Source: Bacilli bacterium
Lineage (GTDB): Bacteria > Bacillota_I > Bacilli_A > RF39 > UBA660
Length of the DNA stretch: 47,953 nucleotides
Direction of reading: 5' to 3'
Assembly: GCA_028700595.1 (NCBI GenBank)
Contig: JAQVSJ010000001.1
Span: forward strand, 17,345-65,297
The notes under the pieces are model-generated. The model saw nothing but the letters and a program-made list of their open reading frames with translations. It had not been told where the DNA came from and searched no databases. Position numbers and translations under genes: made by a program. This document shows positions 19,555 through 29,446 of this stretch, one piece after another; positions within the stretch are counted from its first letter, which is position 1, and the number at the start of each line of letters is the position of its first letter.

Positions 19555-20703
19555 TTATCTAAAAAATACCATATATATTAAGAATAAGACAGATAAAATA
19601 GATATTATAATTCCATTAATTCTACTACTTTTACTACTCTTATATTTAATTCCAACTGCAGAAGATATAACTAATCCTCCTAATAAGCCCCCAATGTGAG
19701 CAGCATTACCAATAGACGGCATTGAAAATCCAATTAACAAATTTAATAATATAATTATCATTATTTGTTTAATTACTGAATTTCCAAAATAAGATCTAAA
19801 ATAAAACCCAAAATATAACATTGCACCTAATAAACCAAATATAGCTCCACTAGCACCTGCTGATATTGAACTATCAGGCATAAATATTAATGACATTAAA
19901 GATCCTACTATAGCACTAAAAAAATATATTAATAAATATTTGTATTTCCCAAAAAAAGATTCTATTTGTTTTCCTAATATATTTAATGCATACATATTAA
20001 ATGCCAAATGTATAATTCCAATATGTAAAAATGCAGCTGTAATAATTCTAATATATTGACCACCTAAAACAACCGATTCTTTAGTAAGAGCACCGAAAGA
20101 ATATAATGTATATATATCTTCACTACCGTTACCAAGTAAATACATTAATAAAAATATCAATATATTTAAACACATTAATACATATGTAACATATGGTTTT
20201 TTAGGTGATAATACCTCTTCAGCTTTCTTTGATTCAGATATATTTTTCTTATTTATATCATTAGTTATTTTAGTAAATAATTGCAACCCTTTCTCTTCAA
20301 ATTTAGTTTTTTTATTTATATCAGGAAAAGATTGTATTATTTCTTTTTTTCTCAATCCGCTCTTTTTTAAATCAATACATACAATATTTTCTGTATTTTC
20401 TAATTTTACATACTCACCTAAATCCATATACAAAGATAATACATTAGCTTTGAAACTAAATGTTCTTAATTTTATTTTATTTAATATTTTACTTGTTTTA
20501 AATACATCAAAACTATATTGTTCTTCATTATGAATATATCCCATCATTATTCTAACTATCTTATATGGCCCATTAATATTTTCTAACCATATTTCATCAG
20601 TTACACCATGTAATATAATTGGATTATATCCTTTTTGTGTAATAAAATAATGAAGTAATTTCATTACTTGTAAATCTCTATCATTATAATTTGTTTTATT
20701 CAT
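19555..20703 (-). CDS. Rhomboid-family intramembrane serine protease with a ~170-aa cytoplasmic N-domain
   Basis: GASGAIFG (Ser) and AHIGGLLGG (His) motifs in a six-TM core. Confidence 0.85.
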   Translation of the reverse strand: MNKTNYNDRDLQVMKLLHYFITQKGYNPIILHGVTDEIWLENINGPYKIVRIMMGYIHNEEQYSFDVFKTSKILNKIKLRTFSFKANVLSLYMDLGEYVKLENTENIVCIDLKKSGLRKKEIIQSFPDINKKTKFEEKGLQLFTKITNDINKKNISESKKAEEVLSPKKPYVTYVLMCLNILIFLLMYLLGNGSEDIYTLYSFGALTKESVVLGGQYIRIITAAFLHIGIIHLAFNMYALNILGKQIESFFGKYKYLLIYFFSAIVGSLMSLIFMPDSSISAGASGAIFGLLGAMLYFGFYFRSYFGNSVIKQIMIIILLNLLIGFSMPSIGNAAHIGGLLGGLVISSAVGIKYKSSKSSRINGIIISILSVLFLIYMVFFR

Positions 20704-20711
20704 AAAGCCTC

Positions 20712-22088
20712 CTATTTTGATATTATATAATTTGCTACATATACACCATTAGAATTTGCTTGTGCTATTCCTCTTGTAATTCCTGCACCATCTCCAATAG
20801 CAAACAAACCTTTAACATCTGTTTCAAAATTATTATTTACTTTTACTTTATTATTATACAACTTACACTCTACTCCATATAATAAAGTTTCACTAGAACT
20901 AAATCCAGGAGCTACTCCATTTAATGCTTCAATCATTTCTTCAATATCTTTAATTATTCTATATGGTAATACTAATGCAAGATCACCTGGTTCAGCATCT
21001 TTTAAAGTAGGTACTATATTTCCTCTATATAATCTATCATGTGTAGTTCTTCTTCCTCTTTTAAAATCTTCATATCTTTGAACTATTATTTTACCATCAC
21101 CTAACATATTAGCAAGCTTAGCTATTGATTTAGCATAACCAATAGAATCTTTAAATGGTTGAGTAAAATGTTTTGATACCAATAATGCTACATTAGTATT
21201 TTCAGTTTTGCTATTCTTATAAGAATGCCCATTAACTGTAATTAAATCATCATATCTTTCTATTGATACTTCTCCAGAAGGATTTTGACAAAAAGTTCTT
21301 ACTTTATCATCAAATGTTTTAGAATTATATAAAAACTTTCCTTCATATAAATATTTATTAATATCTTCCATAACTTCATTTCTTACTTCTACTCTAACTC
21401 CAATATCTACTGTTGAAGGTTCACTAATTATATTGTTTTTATTACAAATATTTCTTAACCATTCTGAACCTTCTCTACCAACTGATAATATTACATTATC
21501 AGCATATATTTTTTCATTACCAACTAAAACACCTTTTATATTATTGTCTTCAATAAGAATATCATCAACTTGTGTGTTAAATTTTAAATCAACACCTTTA
21601 TTTTCAAGATATTCTTCAATTTTAGTATATATTTTATAACTTTCCTCAGTTCCTAAATGTCTAACTGGGCATGCAATTAATTTTAAATTATTAATAATTG
21701 CTTTACTCTTTAATTCCTTTATTTTGTCATTATTATCCAATCCATATATTTTCTTATCCGCTCCAAAAGATAAGTAAATAGAATCAATATAATCAATTAA
21801 TTCTTGAGTTTTATCATATCCTATATATTCTGGTAAATTACCACCAACTTCTGGTGATAAAGATATTTTACCATCACTAAATGCTCCCGCTCCGCTAAAA
21901 CCTGTAGTTATATTACAAGGATTACAATTAACACATATATTAGTTTTTCTTTTTGGACATACTCTCTTTTTAATAGAATTCCCTTTTTCAATCATTAGCA
22001 CTTTTTTATTGCTTTTATTAATTAATTCATAAGCTGCAAATATTCCAGAACATCCTGCCCCAACAATAATAACATCATATTTATTCAT
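20712..22088 (-). CDS. NAD(FAD)-dependent dehydrogenase of unknown function (COG2509-like)
   Basis: N-terminal DVIIVGAGCSGIFAA dinucleotide-binding motif and a C-terminal GDGAG motif. Confidence 0.6.
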   Translation of the reverse strand: MNKYDVIIVGAGCSGIFAAYELINKSNKKVLMIEKGNSIKKRVCPKRKTNICVNCNPCNITTGFSGAGAFSDGKISLSPEVGGNLPEYIGYDKTQELIDYIDSIYLSFGADKKIYGLDNNDKIKELKSKAIINNLKLIACPVRHLGTEESYKIYTKIEEYLENKGVDLKFNTQVDDILIEDNNIKGVLVGNEKIYADNVILSVGREGSEWLRNICNKNNIISEPSTVDIGVRVEVRNEVMEDINKYLYEGKFLYNSKTFDDKVRTFCQNPSGEVSIERYDDLITVNGHSYKNSKTENTNVALLVSKHFTQPFKDSIGYAKSIAKLANMLGDGKIIVQRYEDFKRGRRTTHDRLYRGNIVPTLKDAEPGDLALVLPYRIIKDIEEMIEALNGVAPGFSSSETLLYGVECKLYNNKVKVNNNFETDVKGLFAIGDGAGITRGIAQANSNGVYVANYIISK

Positions 22089-22096
22089 ATGGCCTC

Positions 22097-22981
22097 CTAT
22101 TTAAACATATTTAATATTTCAACAAACTCTTTTGGTAATTCAGAATCAAACTCCATATATTCTTTTGTTCTAGGATGTATAAAACCTATAGTCTTAGCAT
22201 GTAACATTTGTCCATAATCATTTATTACTTTTTTATTTCCATATACTGAATCATTTATTATTGGATATCCAATATATTTCATATGAACTCTTATTTGATG
22301 AGTTCTACCAGTTTCAAGAATACACTCAATTAGTGAAGCATTATTTAATCTTTCTAATACCTTAAAATTAGTTACTGCATTTTTACTATTTATTTCAGTT
22401 ACTGCCATTTTCTTTCTATCTTCTTTATCTCTTCCAATTGGTGCATCTATTGTACCAGTCTCATGATTAATAATGCCATTAACTAATGCTATATATTTTC
22501 TAACTACAGTTTTATTTTTTAATTGTTCACTTAAACTTAAATGTGCATCATCATTTTTAGCAACCAATAATAATCCACTAGTATCTTTATCAATTCTATG
22601 TACTATTCCAGGTCTAACTCCATTATTACTTAACTTACAATGATACATTAGTCCATTAACTAACGTACCGCTGTAATGACCTACAGATGGATGAACAACA
22701 ATACCACTAGGTTTATTAATAACAATTAAATCCTCATCTTCATATACTATATTTAAATCCATGTCTTCACTTTTAATTTCATAGTTTTCTACAACTTCAT
22801 CTATTTTAATTTCATCATCAGTTCTAACAATATAATGATTTTTAACTACTTTATCATTAACTAATACATTACCTTCATCAATTAATTTTTGAACTTTACT
22901 TCTTGTTATATTTAATATATCTACTAAATATTTATCAAGTCTAATATCACAATCATATTCATCAACAGTTATTAATTTCAT
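22097..22981 (-). CDS. rluD: 23S rRNA pseudouridine synthase RluD-type (S4 domain plus RluA core)
   Basis: HRIDKDTSGLL motif and an N-terminal S4 domain. Follows lspA, as in Bacillus. Confidence 0.85.
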   Translation of the reverse strand: MKLITVDEYDCDIRLDKYLVDILNITRSKVQKLIDEGNVLVNDKVVKNHYIVRTDDEIKIDEVVENYEIKSEDMDLNIVYEDEDLIVINKPSGIVVHPSVGHYSGTLVNGLMYHCKLSNNGVRPGIVHRIDKDTSGLLLVAKNDDAHLSLSEQLKNKTVVRKYIALVNGIINHETGTIDAPIGRDKEDRKKMAVTEINSKNAVTNFKVLERLNNASLIECILETGRTHQIRVHMKYIGYPIINDSVYGNKKVINDYGQMLHAKTIGFIHPRTKEYMEFDSELPKEFVEILNMFK

Positions 22982-23435
22982 CTTTCTCTCCTTTTGTCAT
23001 ATAAGTACTTGCAAATATAATAGCTCCAAATACAATGCATATATCTGCAACATTAAATATTGGAAAATCATATCCAAAAAAATACATATCTATAAAATCA
23101 ACTACATAACCATATATAACTCTATCTATCAAATTACCTACAATTCCAGCTAATAACAAAGAATAACATACAAATTCTACTTTTCTAATTTTCTTATCTT
23201 TAATAATATGCATTATCATAACAAATAACACTATTAACGAAAGCACAATAAAAATAATTCTACCACCTTGTAATATACTAAAAGCTGCACCTTCATTTTT
23301 TACAAAAGTTATATACAATAAATTGTTTACTATTTTAATACTATTTAATTGCTCAAAATTATTTAATACTAATATCTTAGATATTTGATCTATAACAAGA
23401 AAAACCAATGATAATATTAATATCTTTTTTTTCAT
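22962..23435 (-). CDS. lspA: Lipoprotein signal peptidase II
   Basis: NxGAAFS and FNVAD motifs, 157 aa, four TM segments. Confidence 0.9.
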   Translation of the reverse strand: MKKKILILSLVFLVIDQISKILVLNNFEQLNSIKIVNNLLYITFVKNEGAAFSILQGGRIIFIVLSLIVLFVMIMHIIKDKKIRKVEFVCYSLLLAGIVGNLIDRVIYGYVVDFIDMYFFGYDFPIFNVADICIVFGAIIFASTYMTKGEKDEINNC

Positions 23436-23461
23436 AAAATCACCATTACAATTTTACCAAA

Positions 23462-23489
23462 TAAAAGCAAAAAGCACAATCGTGCTTTT
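23462..23489 (-). terminator. Rho-independent terminator after fmt
   Basis: Minus strand reads AAAGCACGAUUGUGCUUU followed by UUGCUUUU. Confidence 0.65.
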
Positions 23490-24423
23490 ATTCTACAATC
23501 TTACCAATAAACTTAGATTTATCTTGAATACCATTTAAGAATACACTAGCTAGCATCCTTTTTTTACCTTCTAATTGAAGATCAGTAACAATTATTTCAC
23601 CATTAGATGTTTTTATTCCAAAACCATCACTATATATTTTTACTATTTCCCCAATATAATTATCTCCATAATATCCATCACCAATTCTACATTTGTATAA
23701 TTTACATGTTTTACCTTCATATAAGAAATATGCTCCTGGAGATGGATATAAACCTCTAACCTTATTGTATATTTCCCAACTAGATTTACTAAAATCTATT
23801 TTTTCATCTTCTCTTTTTATATTAGGTGCATATGTTGCTTGACTACTATCTTGTTTAATTCTTTTAGATTTACCTAAAAATATATCAGGTAAAGTACTCA
23901 TTAATAAATCTTTCCCCATTATACTTAATCTATCATGTAATGTCTTTAAATCATCTTCATCTAGTATTTTAGTTGAAACTTGACTTATAATATCTCCAGT
24001 ATCCATTGATTTATTCATATACATAATAGTTATACCTGTTTCTGCATGACCATTTATTAATGCTCTATGAATTGGAGCTCCACCTCTTAGTTTAGGTAAT
24101 AAAGACGCATGAACATTAATACATCCATATGTTGGATAATCTAATATCTCACTAGGAATTATTTGTCCATAAGCACAAGTAATAACAATATCAGGTTTTA
24201 ATTCAATTACTTCAAAAAATTCAGATTTAATTTTAGTAGGTTGAATTATTTTTACATTATTTTTTAAAGCAATTTCCTTAACTGGACTATACTTTGGTAA
24301 ACCATTAACTATATTATCAGGTTGAGTAACTACTCCAACTACATTATATTTTTCAATAATTGCTTCTAGAATTGGAACTGCGAACACAGGTGTACCCATA
24401 AATACGACTCTATGATCTTTCAT
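23488..24423 (-). CDS. fmt: Methionyl-tRNA formyltransferase
   Basis: VVFMGTP..., NVHASLLPKLRGGAPI motif, 311 aa. Confidence 0.95.
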   Translation of the reverse strand: MKDHRVVFMGTPVFAVPILEAIIEKYNVVGVVTQPDNIVNGLPKYSPVKEIALKNNVKIIQPTKIKSEFFEVIELKPDIVITCAYGQIIPSEILDYPTYGCINVHASLLPKLRGGAPIHRALINGHAETGITIMYMNKSMDTGDIISQVSTKILDEDDLKTLHDRLSIMGKDLLMSTLPDIFLGKSKRIKQDSSQATYAPNIKREDEKIDFSKSSWEIYNKVRGLYPSPGAYFLYEGKTCKLYKCRIGDGYYGDNYIGEIVKIYSDGFGIKTSNGEIIVTDLQLEGKKRMLASVFLNGIQDKSKFIGKIVE

Positions 24424-24435
24424 TTTTCCTCCTTA

Positions 24436-24780
24436 TTATATCCATCTAGTTTGACTAATGAATGTTTCTAAATTTTCTTCATATTCATTAGAAAACTTTA
24501 TTATATAATCAAAAAACTGTTCAATATATTTACTAAAACCTTTATCTAAAATAGATTCAGGTTTTATTGTAGAACATAACTTTTTAGAAAATAAATAATC
24601 ATCTACATATCTATATATTGCTCTATCTAATTGTTCTGCTCTTTCTTTATTTTTTAAATCATTAAAATCTAACTTATCAATATAATCTCTATAATATTCA
24701 ACAAGTTTCATACTAAAAAGGTCATCATCCATAAATTCAGAAGTAATAATTTCATCGTAATGTTTTATATTAGAATTCAT
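24436..24780 (-). CDS. Hypothetical protein, 114 aa, acidic
   Basis: Intact ORF packed between rseP and fmt. No motif recognised. Confidence 0.45.
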   Translation of the reverse strand: MNSNIKHYDEIITSEFMDDDLFSMKLVEYYRDYIDKLDFNDLKNKERAEQLDRAIYRYVDDYLFSKKLCSTIKPESILDKGFSKYIEQFFDYIIKFSNEYEENLETFISQTRWI

Positions 24781-24788
24781 AAACCCTC

Positions 24789-25832
24789 CTATTTAATTAT
24801 AACTGCTACATCTTTAATTGTAATTAATATCATTAAACCAAATAAAACAAATAAACCAACTGCATTAATTGCATTTTCTATTTTTCTATTAATTGGTTTC
24901 CTTCTTATTTTTTCTAATACTAATAAAAATAATCTACCACCATCAAACGCTGGAAAAGGTATTAAATTAATAAATCCAACATTAATACTCAATAAAGATA
25001 TTAAATACATAATATTAGAAAAACTACCTGAGCTTTGTTCATCAACTATACTATATATACCAACAGGTCCAGTTAAACTTTCAACACTCAATTTACCTGT
25101 TATTAGATTACCAAACACATTAAACATGGTTTTAATTGTAGATATAAATTGTGTAAAAGCATATTTTATAGAAACAAATAAACCTCTTTCTATATTTGAT
25201 GAACCAGTAAAACCATATATATATTGATCTTCTCCATCTATAGTTTCCAAAGTAGGAACAACACTTATATTTTTAATATTACCATCAGAATCTTTAATAT
25301 TAAATACAATTTCACTACCTGATTCAATCGTTTCAAAATAAATTAATACATCATTCCAATATTTTACCTTTTTATCATCTATCTTTAAAATTAAATCTCC
25401 TTCTCTTATTCCCATTTTATATGCACTATAATTTTCATCAACAGCTCCAAAAATAGCTCTATTTTCTTGACTACCATATATAATTCCTATTAAAAATAAT
25501 AATAATATTCCTAATATAAAATTAAATAAAGCTCCTGAAAATATTGTTAAAAATCTTTGTGTAAAACTTTTAGAAGTTAAATGTTTATCTTTACTAACTT
25601 TTTCTTCTTCATCATCATCTTCTCCAGCCATTCTAACATACCCACCAATTGGAAATAATCTTACTGAATATAAAGTCTCATCATTTTTTCTGTTAAAACT
25701 AAAGAGCTTAGGACCCATTCCTAATGCAAACTCATAACAATATATTCCTGCCCTTTTTGCAAATATAAAATGTCCTAATTCATGTACAAAAACAATTAAT
25801 CCTAAAATAAGTATAAAATATATAATAGTCAT
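24789..25832 (-). CDS. rseP: RIP zinc metalloprotease RseP (M50) with PDZ domain
   Basis: HELGHF zinc motif and the NLIPFPAFDGG motif. Confidence 0.9.
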   Translation of the reverse strand: MTIIYFILILGLIVFVHELGHFIFAKRAGIYCYEFALGMGPKLFSFNRKNDETLYSVRLFPIGGYVRMAGEDDDEEEKVSKDKHLTSKSFTQRFLTIFSGALFNFILGILLLFLIGIIYGSQENRAIFGAVDENYSAYKMGIREGDLILKIDDKKVKYWNDVLIYFETIESGSEIVFNIKDSDGNIKNISVVPTLETIDGEDQYIYGFTGSSNIERGLFVSIKYAFTQFISTIKTMFNVFGNLITGKLSVESLTGPVGIYSIVDEQSSGSFSNIMYLISLLSINVGFINLIPFPAFDGGRLFLLVLEKIRRKPINRKIENAINAVGLFVLFGLMILITIKDVAVIIK

Positions 25833-25843
25833 ATAACCTCCTG

Positions 25844-26644
25844 CTATAATATTGATAAAAATATAACCAAACCATAAACTACAAATATAACACTATCTAA
25901 TCTATCTAATATTCCTCCATGTCCCGGCATTATATTAGAAAAATCTTTTTTATTATAATATCTCTTAATAGTACTAAAAAACATATCTCCTAGTTGTCCG
26001 AGTAAAGTTAAAAACAATATTATTAATATTAAATAAAATAAATTAGCAGAATCATTAATATTCATATAATAATAAGTACAAGTAATTAATGTCCCAAATA
26101 TAGAACCAATAACAAATCCTTCAACAGTTTTCTTTGGTGAAATCTTTGGACATAATTTAGTTCTTCCTGACAAACTTCCAGATATATATGCAAAAGTATC
26201 AGTAGAAATAGTAATAAGAAATAATAAAATAAAATATTTAATATCATAATTTCTTAATATTAAGAACATATTAAATGCTATTCCTATAAATAATATAGAA
26301 CCAAATATAAAAATTGCATCAGATATATTATATTTATCATTATTATTAATAAATATTACCGGTAATAAACTAAATATAGCAACAATCGAAATAACCATAT
26401 AATCAATATTAAATACTATTTCTTTACTAAAAGAATTATTAAGTATTAATAAACACACTAATATATAAGAAAACACTTTAATTAATGATGGTATTTTCTT
26501 TTTAGTTTCTCTAATATTTATTAACTCTTTTAAACCAAATACCCCTAATATTGATATAGCAACCTTAAAAATATTTCCACCCAATATAATTATTGGTATA
26601 AATATTGCTAATGCTATGATAGCACTAATTATTCTTTTCTTCAT
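25844..26644 (-). CDS. cdsA: Phosphatidate cytidylyltransferase
   Basis: ...SxxKRxxxxKDxxxxxPGHGGxxDRxD signature (FSTIKRYYNKKDFSNIMPGHGGILDRLDS). Start moved to the ATG at 26644 after GGTGG. Confidence 0.9.
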   Translation of the reverse strand: MKKRIISAIIALAIFIPIIILGGNIFKVAISILGVFGLKELINIRETKKKIPSLIKVFSYILVCLLILNNSFSKEIVFNIDYMVISIVAIFSLLPVIFINNNDKYNISDAIFIFGSILFIGIAFNMFLILRNYDIKYFILLFLITISTDTFAYISGSLSGRTKLCPKISPKKTVEGFVIGSIFGTLITCTYYYMNINDSANLFYLILIILFLTLLGQLGDMFFSTIKRYYNKKDFSNIMPGHGGILDRLDSVIFVVYGLVIFLSIL

Positions 26645-26691
26645 TATTACCACCTATATTGATTATAGTATAAAAAAGATGTTATATCAAC

Positions 26692-26712
26692 AAAAAAAGA
26701 GCATTGCTCTTT
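26692..26712 (-). terminator. Rho-independent terminator after the KH-domain gene
   Basis: Minus strand reads AAAGAGCAAUGCUCUUU followed by a U-run. Confidence 0.7.
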
Positions 26713-26958
26713 TTAAAAAGTATCTATATTAATTCTAACTCTCTTATTATCTTTTAAATAAGAACTAGCTTGTACTATATTTCTAATAGAGTTAGCTATT
26801 TTACCACCTCTACCAATTATTGTACCAGCATACTTTTCATCTACTAACACTTGAATTAATATTGAGTCATCATCAGTTTCAAATTGCTTTACTGATACAC
26901 TTTCAGGATCAACCAGCAAAGATTTAACTATATACTCTGTTAATTCTACTAATTCCAT
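26713..26958 (-). CDS. KH-domain RNA-binding protein (YlqC/UPF0109)
   Basis: IIGRGGKIANSIR GXXG loop. Directly downstream of rpsP, as in Bacillus. Confidence 0.85.
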   Translation of the reverse strand: MELVELTEYIVKSLLVDPESVSVKQFETDDDSILIQVLVDEKYAGTIIGRGGKIANSIRNIVQASSYLKDNKRVRINIDTF

Positions 26959-26959
26959 A

Positions 26960-27232
26960 TTATTTACCTTCTTTTTTATCTCTAAATTTTTTCATAACTC
27001 CAGCTTTTACTAGTATATTTTTTACTGTATCAGTAGGAATTGCTCCTTTTTCTAACCAAGCTATAACTTTATCTTCTTCAATCTTGATTTCTGCAGGAAC
27101 CTTTAAAGAATTATAAGTACCTAATAATTCTAAAAATCTACCATCTCTAGCATATCTAGAATCAGAAGCTACTATACGATAAAATGGTTGTTTCTTAGCA
27201 CCCATTCTTTTTAATCTAATCTTAACTGCCAT
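26960..27232 (-). CDS. rpsP: 30S ribosomal protein S16
   Basis: [21 protein letters not shown]... Start moved to the ATG at 27232 after GGAGG. Confidence 0.95.
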   Translation of the reverse strand: MAVKIRLKRMGAKKQPFYRIVASDSRYARDGRFLELLGTYNSLKVPAEIKIEEDKVIAWLEKGAIPTDTVKNILVKAGVMKKFRDKKEGK

Positions 27233-27253
27233 AATATCCTCCATTTCTTTTAA

Positions 27254-27282
27254 AGAATAACATAATTAATTATTGCTGTCAA
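27254..27282 (-). promoter_or_regulatory. Promoter of rpsP (TTGACA-N17-TATTCT with TG extended -10)
   Basis: Minus strand reads AAAAAAGGTTGACA-gcaataattaattatgt-TATTCT. The -35 at 27282..27277 forms one arm of a palindrome. Confidence 0.55.
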
Positions 27283-27493
27283 CCTTTTTTGTTGACACAA
27301 AAGAATCATAAAATAAATCATCAGGCTTACATTTTAATATTTTAGATATTCTATATGCCATATCATAAGTTAACTTCCTCTTATTATTTTCAATTTGACA
27401 ATAATAAGACTTACTAATATCCAACATATTAGCCATTTGCATATGTGTATAATTATTTTCTCTTCTTTTTAAATATAATTTTTCAAATTTCAT
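27266..27493 (-). CDS. Small XRE-family helix-turn-helix transcriptional regulator (75 aa)
   Basis: ...HMQMANMLDISKSYYCQIENNKRKLTYDMAYRISKIL... is a typical HTH_3 pattern. Start moved to the ATG at 27493; the ORF-track N-terminus overlaps mltG. Confidence 0.75.
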   Translation of the reverse strand: MKFEKLYLKRRENNYTHMQMANMLDISKSYYCQIENNKRKLTYDMAYRISKILKCKPDDLFYDSFVSTKKVDSNN

Positions 27494-27500
27494 ATATACC

Positions 27501-28589
27501 TCAAAACTTACATCCAGATGCTTTAATTTCAGCAACGGACTTGTCGTGCATTGCATTAGTTTTATTAAATATTGTAGTCATAGTTCTACAATCTGCTATA
27601 AAGAACCAATAATCAGATTCAACTGGATTTAATGTTGCTAATATAGAAGCTTTTCCAGGACTACAAATAGGTCCAATTGGTAATTTACCCAACATATTAT
27701 AGCCTTTATTAAGCGAACTTGTATTATAAGGACTAGCTAATTCTAAAGCCGATTTAAATATAATTGGATTCTCACTCATATCTAATTCTGCAGCATAATA
27801 AGATGTAACATCACTACCTAAAGTCCAATAATTTTCTAATCTTTTAAATAATACTCCTGATATCATAGCTCTATCATCATCAAATTTGCCTTCTAATTCA
27901 ACAATACTAGCCATAGTTAATATTTCGTGTATTGAATAATTAGATTGCTCTATTTCATCCTTATATGGTGTTATTATTTGATTCATTCTATCTAACATTT
28001 TAGTAAATATAAAATTTACTGATGATGTTTTTAAAATAGTATAAGTATCAGGAAATAAATATCCTTCTAATGCATATCTTATATCTTTATTTTTAACTAC
28101 ATCTTCAAGAAACCAATATTTTGAAATTAAAGAATCAATATACTCTTTATCTTTTAATAAATTATATACATCTTCTTCAGTATTATTAGTATTTTCAACA
28201 ATTAATTTAACTAAGTTAACAATACTTTTTCCTTCTTTAAAAGTAATATTAACCTCATCCTTTTTATTAACATCACCATCTCTTAACATATTAATTATCT
28301 TAATACTACTATACGATCTATTCAGATCATATGTTCCTGCTTGAAATCCAGATATATTAAATAACTTAACATATATTTTAGAAAATAAAGAATCTCTAAT
28401 TATATTATTCTTATCTAAATCTACTAACACATTATAAATACTAGATCCTTTCTTAACTTCATATTCAATTACTTCATCTTTATTAAATCCAGATAATTTA
28501 AAAAAGAAAAAGCAAATAGAAAATAAAAATAAAAATAAAATTATAAATAAACTTAATTTAACTGATTTTTTTAGTCTTCTTTTATGCAT
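27501..28589 (-). CDS. mltG: Endolytic murein transglycosylase MltG (YceG-like)
   Basis: N-terminal TM segment, ...ASIVELEG... catalytic Glu context, and a C-terminal ...GLPPGPI-like (KLPIGPICSPG) motif. Confidence 0.8.
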   Translation of the reverse strand: MHKRRLKKSVKLSLFIILFLFLFSICFFFFKLSGFNKDEVIEYEVKKGSSIYNVLVDLDKNNIIRDSLFSKIYVKLFNISGFQAGTYDLNRSYSSIKIINMLRDGDVNKKDEVNITFKEGKSIVNLVKLIVENTNNTEEDVYNLLKDKEYIDSLISKYWFLEDVVKNKDIRYALEGYLFPDTYTILKTSSVNFIFTKMLDRMNQIITPYKDEIEQSNYSIHEILTMASIVELEGKFDDDRAMISGVLFKRLENYWTLGSDVTSYYAAELDMSENPIIFKSALELASPYNTSSLNKGYNMLGKLPIGPICSPGKASILATLNPVESDYWFFIADCRTMTTIFNKTNAMHDKSVAEIKASGCKF

Positions 28590-29446
28590 AAATTCTCCTT
28601 TTCGATATAGCTTATTACTTTATTAACAGTATTACTAAAATCATTATAATTAATATCAAACCACTTTACTTCCATTTGATTATTAAACCAAGTATATTGC
28701 CTCTTAGCGTACTTTCTACTGTTCTTTTTTATTAAACAAATTGATTCTTCCAAAGATATTTTATTATTAAAATACATATACAATTCCTTATAACCAATAG
28801 CAGTATTAATTGCTCTGCTATTTATTCCAAGATCGAACAACTCTTTAGCTTCCTCTACCAAACCATTATTAATCATATCATCTACTCTGTTATTAATAAT
28901 GTTATATAAATCTTTTCTATTAGTAGTAAGACCAACAGTTATAAATTTATATATTTTTTCATCTTTATTATTAGTATTACTATTATTTTCTAATTTATTT
29001 AATAATCTAACTAATCTTCTTCTATTATTTTTATCAACAACTATATCTTCTTTTAAATTAATAATATTACTATATAATTGTTCATTACTTAATTCTTCAT
29101 ATTGATTGTTACTATCTTCATCAAATATATAATTATATAATATTGACTTAATATATAGTCCTGTACCGCCAACTATTATAATATTTTTTTTATTAATTAA
29201 ATTATCTATAATACTTCTACATTCCTTTTGATATTCATATACAGAATATTCATCATTAATATTTCTAATATCAATCATATGGTGTTTAATACCTTCCATA
29301 TTAGATATTTTAGCAGTACCAATATTTAATTGTTTATATATTTGCATGCTATCTGCATTAATTATTTCTGCATTATATTTCTTTGCTAATTCAATACTCA
29401 TCCTTGTTTTTCCAACACCTGTTGGACCTACTACTACTATAATCAT
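28571..29446 (-). CDS. miaA: tRNA dimethylallyltransferase
   Basis: P-loop GPTGVGKT and the ...DSMQIYK... motif. Confidence 0.9.
   Translation of the reverse strand: MIIVVVGPTGVGKTRMSIELAKKYNAEIINADSMQIYKQLNIGTAKISNMEGIKHHMIDIRNINDEYSVYEYQKECRSIIDNLINKKNIIIVGGTGLYIKSILYNYIFDEDSNNQYEELSNEQLYSNIINLKEDIVVDKNNRRRLVRLLNKLENNSNTNNKDEKIYKFITVGLTTNRKDLYNIINNRVDDMINNGLVEEAKELFDLGINSRAINTAIGYKELYMYFNNKISLEESICLIKKNSRKYAKRQYTWFNNQMEVKWFDINYNDFSNTVNKVISYIEKENLCIKED

Noticed and set aside
24760-25227. 155-aa plus-strand ORF antisense to rseP. Similar cases: 41138-41593 antisense to ruvB, 11026-11409 antisense to the pilC-like gene, 6138-6455 antisense to yceD, 460-756 antisense to orf164.
   Set aside because: These are shadow ORFs opposite well-supported conserved genes. 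Their translations are low-complexity and Ser/Leu/Ile/Phe-rich, and they lack a Shine-Dalgarno sequence and any recognisable motif.
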